Positions 1-9,900 of a stretch of 64,000 nucleotides of DNA are shown here, piece after piece. Every line of letters starts with the position of its first letter. The first letter of the stretch is position 1. The notes beneath the pieces are model-generated. The model saw only the letters and a program-made list of their open reading frames with translations, made no database searches and was not told the origin of the DNA. A program made the translations under genes and the position numbers. Origin of the DNA: Promethearchaeota archaeon (GTDB lineage: Archaea > Asgardarchaeota > Lokiarchaeia > Sigyniarchaeales > SOKP01); the NCBI GenBank assembly GCA_048940605.1, contig JBHLOJ010000002.1:17742-81741 (forward strand). The letters run 5' to 3'.

Positions 1-2772
1 CAAAGAATTACAAATTTTTAAATCGAAATTAAGTCTTATTTCTGAAGGTTCAATAGGTCTTCTTTCCCATTCTTGAATTAGTTTCTGCTTTTTTCTTCTT
101 TCTTTCCAAAAAGCTTTATATCGCTCTTGGAAATTTTTATCAAATTGTTCCATAAAAGAAGGAAAACTTTTTTTAGAAAATTCTTCAAAAATATCTCCTA
201 AAACTTTAATAAAATTGTCTTTTGGGCTTATCCTCATCTCATAAAAATCATAAAACCGTATGTCAATATATCTTCCAGTGGTCTCTTCTTTAAGTAGGAA
301 AAATTGCACTAAAAAGAGGATTGAATTTAATAGAACATTAAAGGCTTTAGCTCTGTCAAGATCCTTTTCTAAGACTACATTTAAAGTATTTGAAGGATGA
401 AATGTCTCATGGGAATAAAAAGAAATTAAATGGTTATTAGGGGAATAAGGATTAATTCGCCTCATTGTAACTATATTTGTCTCGATTTTATTTAATTCAT
501 ATTGAAGATTCTTCCAATAATTTTTCCATTGAAAATTTTTTGGAGGTCGAAATTGACTTGCTTTAATTATTCTATTGAGGTTTTTATAGGTAGAGTAAGA
601 TATATAATCTAATTTGTGAGTCAAATCGAATATATTTAACCCTGTTCCTGTTCTTAGTGTATTTTTCACAGCTACTTTTTCAATTTTAAAAGGTGTCTCT
701 AAATTAGTCTTTGCATATATATGATTTGTATCTTCATTATTAAAGCTCAAAAATGCATTTTTAATCCTTGAAGGATGAATATTTCGTGTAAAAAACATAA
801 AAGAGGATACTCCTTTAGGAACTGGGCGATATCCTTCTTTGAAATAATTATTTGGTAATGAGTCCATTTTGTCCTCAAAATTATCAATAAAAGAGACAAA
901 AATATCTCTGTTTTTAAAATCACACACACCGCAAAACCACATTAGGTTTACATACCGTTTTTTCAATTCATTTAATTGAAATGATTGAATGTCAATTTCC
1001 TTGCTTCGGTGGAAGTCTTTAACCTCAATTAGATTTGCGATATGGTCAATATCTGAAGGTTCAAGCTTTTTTAGATTTTTTTTTATTAGAATAAATTTCA
1101 CTTGATGATCCTCTGAAGGCTTTCTCTTTTTTGCTATAAAAAGGATATCACGATACTCTGACCATTCAGAAAAACCATAATTATAGATTGCCTTGATGAT
1201 ATATAAAGGAGTCCAATTAGAGAATATAAATTCTCTAACTTTCATGGCTTCAGTTCCTCTTAAAATGCTAATTGGAATAACAGCTCCAATCATCCCTTCA
1301 TTTTTAATAAATTCATCAATAAAGACTAAAAAATGCCCCCACAATCCTACTTGACTGCCAGAAAGTTCCACAAAACGATCCATTTGGATATATTTCTTAA
1401 TACCTCTTTCAAGTTTTGTAAATGGAGGATTCATTATTATATTATCAACTTTTCTTAGATCAATAGTTTGATTCTCACCTTTTATATCATAACCTTTACT
1501 CGTTGGGGGAAATAATGTAGTCTGTACTCCAGATGTATATTTAATTCTTTTTGAAAGTTTAAGGCTATCTCCTTGTATTATTTGTGTTCTTTCGATTCCA
1601 ACTGTAGGATCCATTGAAGCTAGATTTGCTGAAGTTAAGTGGACAGCGAAAGGCATAATATCAGAACCAAAGATCTCCTTTTCACAAAATTGCTTATGTG
1701 GGTTTCCCTTACCATTCTCTTTATTAAATAAATTTAGCTTTCTCCTATATGCAGAAGTAAGTATAGTTCCTGAACCACAAGCAGGATCATAGATAGTATC
1801 ACTACTTTTTTTAATGACTAATCTAGCTAATAAATCTGCAGCTTGTGGTCTGGTATAGAAAGCAGCTAGCAATTTTCTAATTTTTTTAGGCATCAATTCA
1901 TGGAAGATCCTCCCTGGCAATTCATATCTTAACCTTTCAATCTCAAGACCCCATATTAAATCAAATGTATCTTGAATATAATTAACTGGAATTACATTTA
2001 ATACATCAATCTTATATATCGGTCTATAATTTACATCTAAAATATTAGTAAAAGCTTCTCTGAGCCAATTATGATCAATTAATCCTGTTTTTTTTGGCAT
2101 AATACTAGGAAAGGTTCTTGAATATAATCTTAAGAAAAAAATTTGGCTCAAAATAATATAAGCAGCTAGAAATTCTGAAGTTTCAATAACTTGAGAGCGT
2201 TTTAAGGACCCTAAATTAGTAAGTAATTCTTGATTTGTAATAATTTTTAAGATTTCCTCATTCGTTATGTTAATATTGTCTATTAATTCTGTCACGTGGT
2301 TTTGAAGCAAATCAATCACGGTATCTAATGGATATCCTTTTTCTTCCCTTTTACTTATCCGGGGGACGATCTCTAACTCTAATTCTTTAAGAACTTGTGG
2401 AAACGTATTACTTCTTAATTCTTCTTTTAAGACGGGAGTATCTATTAAGCAAGTACATTTAAAAGTCTCGATAGACATCCTAATTTTATTTTCTGTGGGT
2501 TTAACGGACCGAATTTTATCTGGAATGAATAGAATCATACCGTATTCGATTTTTGCTTCCTCTTTATGCCGTTGATATTGAATAAACGCCTGCTTTAAAA
2601 TAGGAATAGTCTCTCCAATTTTTACACTCAATATCCATTTAATACCATAAAGATTAAAAATTATATCTGGTTCAGAATTTATTTTAATTTCGGATACCCC
2701 GGTGCCTCCCCTATCTTTTATGATATTAATTAATAATGGATAAGTGGTTCTTTCAGTAATTTTTAATGACAA
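1..2772 (-). CDS. Gamma-class N6-adenine DNA methyltransferase, a large single-chain Type IIG/IIL-like restriction-modification protein. Partial: the C-terminus lies beyond the window start.
   Basis: Not in the ORF track because it has no stop in the window. The minus-strand frame whose codons start at coordinates divisible by 3 is open from the in-frame stop at 2809-2811 down to position 1. By-eye translation gives motif I DPACGSGT (1765-1788), then motif IV IIMNPPFTK (NPPF = 1420-1431). About 475 more codons follow, a plausible target-recognition region. About 330 aa lie N-terminal to motif I, including EPDIIFNLYGIKWILSVKIGE, a possible PD-(D/E)xK-like nuclease core (weak). The first in-frame ATG is at 2538, and TTG at 2772 is the first canonical alternative start, so the start is uncertain. 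Confidence 0.8.
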   Translation of the reverse strand, partial: MSLKITERTTYPLLINIIKDRGGTGVSEIKINSEPDIIFNLYGIKWILSVKIGETIPILKQAFIQYQRHKEEAKIEYGMILFIPDKIRSVKPTENKIRMSIETFKCTCLIDTPVLKEELRSNTFPQVLKELELEIVPRISKREEKGYPLDTVIDLLQNHVTELIDNINITNEEILKIITNQELLTNLGSLKRSQVIETSEFLAAYIILSQIFFLRLYSRTFPSIMPKKTGLIDHNWLREAFTNILDVNYRPIYKIDVLNVIPVNYIQDTFDLIWGLEIERLRYELPGRIFHELMPKKIRKLLAAFYTRPQAADLLARLVIKKSSDTIYDPACGSGTILTSAYRRKLNLFNKENGKGNPHKQFCEKEIFGSDIMPFAVHLTSANLASMDPTVGIERTQIIQGDSLKLSKRIKYTSGVQTTLFPPTSKGYDIKGENQTIDLRKVDNIIMNPPFTKLERGIKKYIQMDRFVELSGSQVGLWGHFLVFIDEFIKNEGMIGAVIPISILRGTEAMKVREFIFSNWTPLYIIKAIYNYGFSEWSEYRDILFIAKKRKPSEDHQVKFILIKKNLKKLEPSDIDHIANLIEVKDFHRSKEIDIQSFQLNELKKRYVNLMWFCGVCDFKNRDIFVSFIDNFEDKMDSLPNNYFKEGYRPVPKGVSSFMFFTRNIHPSRIKNAFLSFNNEDTNHIYAKTNLETPFKIEKVAVKNTLRTGTGLNIFDLTHKLDYISYSTYKNLNRIIKASQFRPPKNFQWKNYWKNLQYELNKIETNIVTMRRINPYSPNNHLISFYSHETFHPSNTLNVVLEKDLDRAKAFNVLLNSILFLVQFFLLKEETTGRYIDIRFYDFYEMRISPKDNFIKVLGDIFEEFSKKSFPSFMEQFDKNFQERYKAFWKERRKKQKLIQEWERRPIEPSEIRLNFDLKICNSL

Positions 2773-3023
2773 GATTTGTCCTCCGAGTAATATTTGAAGA
2801 CCTTCATTTTAAATTTTTCTATTAAAGAATATTTATAGTCATGCTAAAATAAAACCTTTAAGGTGAAATGAAATTCATATCTGGCATTAACCTATAGGAT
2901 TAATTCAATTTTTTTAAAAATTGAGTATGGTTAAATCATATGGAATTTCTTAACTAAAAATAAAGATTGGAAAAGACTGTAGTTTTATTTATGATTTAAG
3001 ACTAATTTTTATGTTTTGAATTC

Positions 3024-4724
3024 TTATTTTCTTGGGAGAATAAATATCGCTAAAATAGTTTTTCTTTTAAATGGAATAGGATATGCTGAAATAGACAATT
3101 TCATTTCGGTCAGTATTTCATTAGCTTTATTCTCAATATCCTTGGTGAAATCACTCTTAAAATGGTATATAGGGTTTATAACTCCATTATCTTCAATACC
3201 ATACAAAATACAGTATCTTGTAAGTTTTTCTCCATCGAAATAACCATCTATCGTAGGTATTAAACGATCATTAACAAACCTAGCTAATTTTGGTGTAAAT
3301 GTATCTGCAGATTTAAAGTCTATAATATCTTCAGTTTCGCATATTCCTTCAGATTCAAATTCATAATTAATTTCTTCTGAAATAATAAGTTGAATTAAAA
3401 AGTCAAACATATCCAGTAAATATTCTTCCTTTGTCAATTTCTTCCAAAATTCACAATAACAATATTGAAGTAAAAATTTTGTTTTTTTACTTCTTGTATC
3501 CTGAATAATATCTAAAAATTCCTCGTTAAACTCTAAAATTTCATTAGAAATATCAATTTTATTATAAATTTGTAAACAGCCAATAGTAATAGGATCATCA
3601 GATGGTTTTAATCCCACATGTACAATCTCTATGGTATTATTTTCAAATATCGCCCTATAAATTAAATTAATAAGATCATGGTTTGGCTTAATTTTTAATC
3701 TCTTAGAAAAAAAGCATATAATAAAGCGAGGATTCTCCTTTTTAATAAATAAACTTCTTTCATTTGGTAAAATTTCATAGATTTTATCAATTTCTTCTTC
3801 ATATCTATAATTTTGAATAAATGATGTAATTTCTCCTAAAGCCTTATGAATCTCTTCAAATTTTTTTACGAATTTTCTAATTTTTTGCTTTTCAATAATA
3901 TAGAAATTGTAAAAATCTTTGAATGACATGATTTTTCTAAATACCATTACTTCTAATATTCTTCCGCTCTCTCTTCCGATTTTAATTTTTCCTGTAGATG
4001 TTAACTTTTTATTATTAATTAAATTGTCAATATCAGATGATTCCAATGGTTGCTGTATTGTATATTGATAATTATTTAATTCAATCTTAAATGATATATT
4101 TCCTAGATTTTCCCAACTAATATAATCAGGATCTATGCCCCAAAATTCTGCATGTCCTTTAGTCCATTTTTTACTATAAGAAAAAGAAGAAAAAACTAAA
4201 CCCTCATTTGTATTTTTTATTATATCTGCTCTCAATACATTTTTAGGATGCAGGATTATTTTAACAGTACGGATTTTATCATCTAACTCTGCTAAGGAAG
4301 AATCTTTTTTTGCATTAATTATGATTATATAATCTGGAAGTAATAAAATTGATACAATAGCTTTTATCTTTTCTTTTGAACGAGTCTTTAATGAACTTCT
4401 ATAAGTATCTATTAAATCTTCAATAATATCATTGTCCTTATTAGGATATTCAGCTCTCACTCTTCTTAATTTTCTTTTAACTGACGAATTTGAAGGTGTT
4501 ATTTCTTCAAACGATATCTTCTTACCAATTATTCTTTTTTCCAAATTCCTAATAACTTGCCTTAATTCTGCATCAGGTTCAATTTCATGGAAAATTAATC
4601 TGTCATCAGCAAGACTTTTAGGTTTAAAAGCAAATTTTTCCCAATAATAAATTTTACGCTTGATTTTTGTATCATTTTTACCCTTAGATGTATATTCATC
4701 TGGGAGATATTTATCTAAATTCAT
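3024..4724 (-). CDS. Hypothetical protein, 566 aa, family not recognised
   Basis: Long ORF in the track. It is on the same strand as, and between, the PLD nuclease gene and the methyltransferase gene. It is a soluble Lys/Ile/Glu-rich protein. The C-terminal ~100 aa (ETEDIIDFKSADTF...YCILYGIEDNGVINPI) loosely resemble the AlbA_2/Schlafen-type domain that is clear in ORF 11291..12841. This is a weak, by-eye match. Confidence 0.6.
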   Translation of the reverse strand: MNLDKYLPDEYTSKGKNDTKIKRKIYYWEKFAFKPKSLADDRLIFHEIEPDAELRQVIRNLEKRIIGKKISFEEITPSNSSVKRKLRRVRAEYPNKDNDIIEDLIDTYRSSLKTRSKEKIKAIVSILLLPDYIIIINAKKDSSLAELDDKIRTVKIILHPKNVLRADIIKNTNEGLVFSSFSYSKKWTKGHAEFWGIDPDYISWENLGNISFKIELNNYQYTIQQPLESSDIDNLINNKKLTSTGKIKIGRESGRILEVMVFRKIMSFKDFYNFYIIEKQKIRKFVKKFEEIHKALGEITSFIQNYRYEEEIDKIYEILPNERSLFIKKENPRFIICFFSKRLKIKPNHDLINLIYRAIFENNTIEIVHVGLKPSDDPITIGCLQIYNKIDISNEILEFNEEFLDIIQDTRSKKTKFLLQYCYCEFWKKLTKEEYLLDMFDFLIQLIISEEINYEFESEGICETEDIIDFKSADTFTPKLARFVNDRLIPTIDGYFDGEKLTRYCILYGIEDNGVINPIYHFKSDFTKDIENKANEILTEMKLSISAYPIPFKRKTILAIFILPRK

Positions 4725-5032
4725 ATTTACTTGATTTTTTTGTCTTAATTATGTGATTTACATTTAAAAAAAGAATATTTAAGTATTAAATAACTTCACA
4801 TTTATTTAAGCTATTTCACAAATTGATATATTAATTTTAAGAAAGATTGAAAGCACCTTAATTTAACTTATTGAATGGATTTTATGATTAAAAAAGATAA
4901 ATCAAAATTCGTAAGATAATAGAAAGATTAATGAAATTTATTTAAACATAATTAATACTATGGAAAAACTATACAATATCCATTCTTTGAATCGCCGCAC
5001 AGAATGAAATAAAAGACAAATCATGTAATATC

Positions 5033-6367
5033 TTACCAATTATTTTCAATATGATAATAATATTCTCGATTACAATATTCACAATAGAAATACGAACTTG
5101 CAAATTTAATTGGTAAAAAGCTGCGAAAACATTTAGGACATTGTTCAATAAGATAATCATCGCATGTAGAACAATAATATAATGAACCAGCAGATTCAAA
5201 TTCATCAAATTGTATAATTTTATCTTGATCTTCTTTCAAAATTCTTCCACACTTTGAACAATAATAAATTGGATCTATTTGTTTACATTCTTCAGAGAGT
5301 ATATCCACTTCATCATCTAATTCAGCTATTATTTCTGGATCAACATATTTGTAAAAATTGTTTTGGTAATCTCCATATTGCGCTTTGATTAAAGATCCTT
5401 GACAAATTAATTTATTTTTAGCAGGATCATAAAACAATTCCTTATTTGGACAATAGAAGACCGTTATAGGGCACTTTTGATCAAAATTTGTGCCTGATTC
5501 AAAGAAAGGACCTTTATTACAATCAGAGATAGGACCCATACAATGATTTTTCATATTCTTATATTCTATCCCATACTTATGACAAATAAAAGTTCTTGAG
5601 AAGTTGCAATCTTCTTTTTTGCATATAGGACAAAAATCCTCAACTTCACCTAAATGTAATAGCTTATTCCCCTTAATTCCTTTCCATTTGTAAGTCTCTA
5701 TTGTATGCTCAGATAATAACCACTCTTCCATCATTTCAGGAAAAGAAAAAACTGTTGGAACCTCCATCTTATTAACTTCTTTATATCCATAACCTAATAG
5801 GAATCTATTCTTTCGAAAAGTTCTAATATCTTTAATATAGACAAAAGGGGGAATTTCAAAAGGATTTAAATTTCCAAAAGTGTACCAAGCTCTCTTTTCA
5901 AATTCTATAGGTTTAAGCTTAAGCAAAACTGCTTCTTCGAAATTATATTTAGATTTATCTTTTGTTAGTTCTAAACTTGATGCTGTCATATTTGCTGATG
6001 TTAAAAGAATATATTTTTCATTGAAATATAGTTTAGTATGCAAATTTTTTACAACCCAGCAATTTCGAATATCTAATTTTGAAAAAGTGTGATTAAAGAT
6101 TGCTCTATTATGAAAATATTTATTAACATTTTCTCTTCCTATTAGTATAATATTTATCTTACCACTATTCTCTTCGAAGAATTTTAAAAGCTTTAATTCA
6201 TTAACAGCCGCCCAAGTCCAAAATGGAGTAATTAAACAGACGAATCTTCTTGCTTTATTGAGAATTTTCTCAAGAAGTATATCTTTTATTCTATCTTCAG
6301 TAATTATTCTTGCTTTATAATTCCATTTTTCAGACTTTAATTTTTCAAATATAGTTTTATCTTCCAT
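5033..6367 (-). CDS. PLD-superfamily (HKD motif) nuclease with a C-terminal array of zinc-ribbon CxxC pairs
   Basis: HTKLYFNEKYILLTSANMT (5986-6040; H is residue 110) fits the HxK-x4-(D/E)-x6-(G/T)SxN HKD signature of PLD/Nuc/NgoFVII-type nucleases. The C-terminal half carries several CxxC pairs (CPICKKEDC, CSKCGR, CSTCDDYLIEQCPKC, CEYCNREY) that suggest three or four zinc ribbons. Confidence 0.7.
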   Translation of the reverse strand: MEDKTIFEKLKSEKWNYKARIITEDRIKDILLEKILNKARRFVCLITPFWTWAAVNELKLLKFFEENSGKINIILIGRENVNKYFHNRAIFNHTFSKLDIRNCWVVKNLHTKLYFNEKYILLTSANMTASSLELTKDKSKYNFEEAVLLKLKPIEFEKRAWYTFGNLNPFEIPPFVYIKDIRTFRKNRFLLGYGYKEVNKMEVPTVFSFPEMMEEWLLSEHTIETYKWKGIKGNKLLHLGEVEDFCPICKKEDCNFSRTFICHKYGIEYKNMKNHCMGPISDCNKGPFFESGTNFDQKCPITVFYCPNKELFYDPAKNKLICQGSLIKAQYGDYQNNFYKYVDPEIIAELDDEVDILSEECKQIDPIYYCSKCGRILKEDQDKIIQFDEFESAGSLYYCSTCDDYLIEQCPKCFRSFLPIKFASSYFYCEYCNREYYYHIENNW

Positions 6368-6533
6368 AAATCTTTGATTTTGATTTTATTTTTGTCTTAT
6401 CTTATAATACATATCACAACAATATATTTCTTTCCCCATTTCTTTGATTCTTATGTAGTTGAAATATTAATAAAACATTATTTTCATAAAATGTATAAGA
6501 CAAAAAATCATAAAAGTATAAATAGGTGAATAT

Positions 6534-6809
6534 ATGTCAACAAGAAGAGAAAAAGAGCAGATGTATTCTGCATTTTATACTAGCTTGAAAAATATTCTTT
6601 ATAATAGTGCGGGCTATAATATAGAAGGCGTTGCCAGATGGGGATCTCGAACTACGGGAGACTACAGAGGTGATAGCGATTTGGATGTGATATTCTGGAT
6701 AATCGGAAAACCTATTAAACAGAAGGTTTATGAAAATCTTATCCAGAAACAGCAGGTAAGCAGTGCCATAGCCATTTCATTACTGAGGAGAAAAATGAAT
6801 AAGGAATAG
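6534..6809 (+). CDS. Minimal nucleotidyltransferase (Pol-beta superfamily, MNT-like), short or possibly truncated
   Basis: WGSRTTGDYRGDSDLDV (6642-6689) matches the G-S-x(9-13)-D-x-D nucleotidyltransferase signature. At 91 aa it is short, and the last ~20 aa look unlike the family. No HEPN-like partner ORF is adjacent. Confidence 0.5.
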   Translation: MSTRREKEQMYSAFYTSLKNILYNSAGYNIEGVARWGSRTTGDYRGDSDLDVIFWIIGKPIKQKVYENLIQKQQVSSAIAISLLRRKMNKE

Positions 6810-6888
6810 CACTGGATTGAATATATAGCCCATTAGTAAAGACACCATTCTTATTATTGTTAAATCAATATTAAAAACTAGATAAAAT

Positions 6889-6898
6889 AAAAAAAAAA
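6889..6898 (-). terminator. Oligo-T tract (T10 on the minus strand) 11-20 nt after the stop of ORF 6909..10967
   Basis: A10 on the + strand, read directly. Archaeal RNA polymerase terminates at oligo-T tracts (established knowledge). Confidence 0.35.
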
Positions 6899-6908
6899 TT
6901 TTTTAAAG

Positions 6909-9900
6909 TTAACCTACGATTAGTTGTTCTATTACTTCCATTATTCTAGTAGTTTCTTTAGTCAAGTAATCGGCTAAATTTTCAGATATTCTTTCTTTAT
7001 TTAGATACCAGTTAATTTTCCATATAACTCGTTCTAATTTCCACTGAACGCAGTTTAATATGTATTCACTATCTTCTTCCATATCAATCTTAAAGAGTGC
7101 ACTTTCTAACATCTTTGAAGCACAATAGACCTTCCAGCTAAGATATTTACCTGTACAGGAAGAGATTTCTTCTTCAATGAAATCACTTAAGTTAAGTAAA
7201 TCGACCTCTAGATAGGCGATGTCATAAGCCTGTTCGGAACCAGTAGAAGCTCCCATTAAAATCACGATATTATTCCTTATAGCGTGTAGTGTATCTATAA
7301 TATATTCAGTGTGTTCGTCGCTCATATGACAACACTTATTATTACAATACTTATTATGAAAATGCCTATTATAGAGTTCATTCCTAAACTCAACGATTTG
7401 TACAAAAACCTTAGCCATCTTATCATTGTATAAAGTACAGGTGATTTCGCCGTTTTCCACCGATGAGAAAGCTTCAACTAAGTGTTCTTGAGCTTTTGAA
7501 AGCTTCCTATTGAGACATCGACTTTTTCTGCATGAGAAAATCTCATCAACATAAGCCTTTAACTCCTCTATTTGCCAATCAACATACTCATACATATTTC
7601 CTAATGAAATTTCAAAATTCCCAGATATCGAATTTATTAAATTATCGTTAGGACGATCATTATCCCCATCAATTGCCTTAATTTGAACGTTATGAATGCC
7701 TTTATTCAGTATCCATTGATTTAACAAAACAAAATAATATATATCACCATTTTGAGAGCTGTATAAGGGCTTAATAACTTGCCCATTAACTATGAAAGTG
7801 AAAGTATCTATCCCACTGTAATCTGATGCATTTAATGTAAGGTATATATGGTGAATATCCAGTGTAATAATTAAATCAGATAAATTTGGAGGGTCTTTAT
7901 CATCATCTTCAATATTAAACAATATTGAAAATGAATTTGTCTCCTCATCACCATCCCACCCATCATCATCATTATTTTCCACGCTTAAGATAGCTGAATA
8001 TTCACCAAGTTCAAAAATTGGAACTTGATTTACGTCAATTATAAATGTACCCTCAGCATAGGTTTCTGAGAATAGTATACCCTCTTGATCTTCAATAATT
8101 AGTTCTCCTGTAGCTTCACTATTCTCATCAGGGTCACGAATCTTAAATTCTAGAGTACCTGGTTGACCATCTGTACTTTCCCCCTCATGATCTAAAAATA
8201 TTTGAGGCGGTGTAAGATCATCATCTTCAATAATAATCGTTAATCTCTTGGTCTTTCTATAAATCTTGTCATACTTTTCAGTGGAAACGGTGATTTCTGG
8301 ATTTATATATTTAGGAGGGCTATTTACAGGAATTCTTATCTCAATAGGAATCTCTTTAATTTCTATAGGATCTAGTTCAATATCGATCCCTTGACTCACC
8401 AAGTCTATATTTTCTATCAAGAATTGAATATCTTCGGATTCATCTAAGCTAATATGGGTCATAACAGGTTCTTCTATAAGATTTGTGATAGTCAATGAAA
8501 TAGTAGCATTCTCCCCGTTAAACAGTTCACAAATACTTGGTTGTAAGCTTAATTCTATTAAATTAGAATATTGACTAGAGCTTATTTCGAAGACGGTTAC
8601 TTCACTAGGATTTTCTGCTGTTCTTACAAGTTGTTCACTACTCATTACGATCATTTCCATTACTTCAGCATTATTACTCACAACTACCCTTGATTCTTCA
8701 TTTGAATCGTTGATGAATTGCTCGACTTGCTGATTAAAGGATAAAAGACTAAAATCTAGAAATGTATCTATGATTTCTTCGGCGTCTCGTTCAGTATAGT
8801 TATTTTTAATTAGTACTCCCTTAAACTGTTCATAAAGAGTAACATTATTAATGATATCAATTTGAATGGTGGAGATTTCTTGAACGATGCCGTCGAAATC
8901 AATTCCCTCATTATTTATTATTATTTCAGGAGTAAGATTATCCATGTAGTCTTCTAAGTGCGTAATGTATGAGTGATAAAAGTTTGACTGGATTAGGGTA
9001 TAATTCTTTACCGCCTCTGCTTGAATTTTTGCTGCATTATAATTACCAACCATCATTGCATAAGTATACCTTTCGATGGAAATTTTGATGGCTTCAGTCG
9101 CAGTAATAAACAGATTCTGAGCTTCATATACAGCATGTAAATTTCTTAAAGTTTGAGACTCCGATACATTGTTAGGTAAAGGATCAATATAAATTTCCTC
9201 AATTTCAACAACCTCTTCTATATTAGGATCAGGAGGATCTTCAATAATTGATTGAATTAACGCTCTAATTCTAGCTTCTTCACCATCCTCAAGGTCGTTA
9301 TATCTATCCTCTTCATAATCCCAATATATACCTATTGAATCAAGTAATATTGATAAGCCATTTAAGAAATCATCAAGAAGATCATAAACATCAGCAAATA
9401 TATCGACAAGCAACGCACCAATATCAAGAATCAAGGCAGCCCAATTAGCCCATTTCCCAAGGTCGTTCATATTATCAGCTTGATTCCTGTAATATTCTGC
9501 TAATTGATTGCTTTCTTGAATAAAATCCGCATATGAAATTTTTAGATGGGGAATATGGACGAGAAATTGTTGTGTTATTTTAGAATCTGTTTCATCATCT
9601 TGAATCCATACTTGAAATTCTAAATCCCTTTCTGTGGAATAAACTTCTCCAGACTCCTTATCACACCAATCCCATTCATGTAATTGAATTCGACTCCCAT
9701 TGCTCAAATATCTATCATATCCCGGGATGAGATATGGAGTATCTCTATAGGTTAAATCGGTAATGTTAGATACTCCTAAGCTAAATTTTTTATTACTGTT
9801 GGCTGGAATGTCTCCGATGTTTTCAACAACTAACATATATTCTGGATCATCTGTAAAATACCTAGTATACATTATATGAATTGCATTCACTTGTAGACCG

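Noticed and set aside
747-6092. Short ORFs overlapping longer genes (747..929, 3016..3243, 4432..4647, 4969..5208, 5880..6092)
   Set aside because: Each lies inside or overlaps a much longer, motif-supported ORF on the opposite strand or in another frame. Their translations are Ile/Leu/Phe-rich, typical of AT-rich shadow frames.
1-6367. Assigning the left-hand trio to DISARM or BREX
   Set aside because: PLD plus adenine methylase recalls DISARM, and a large NPPF methylase recalls PglX. However, the helicase, DUF1998, PglZ and BrxC-type core genes are absent from the visible region. The sequence left of the window is unknown.
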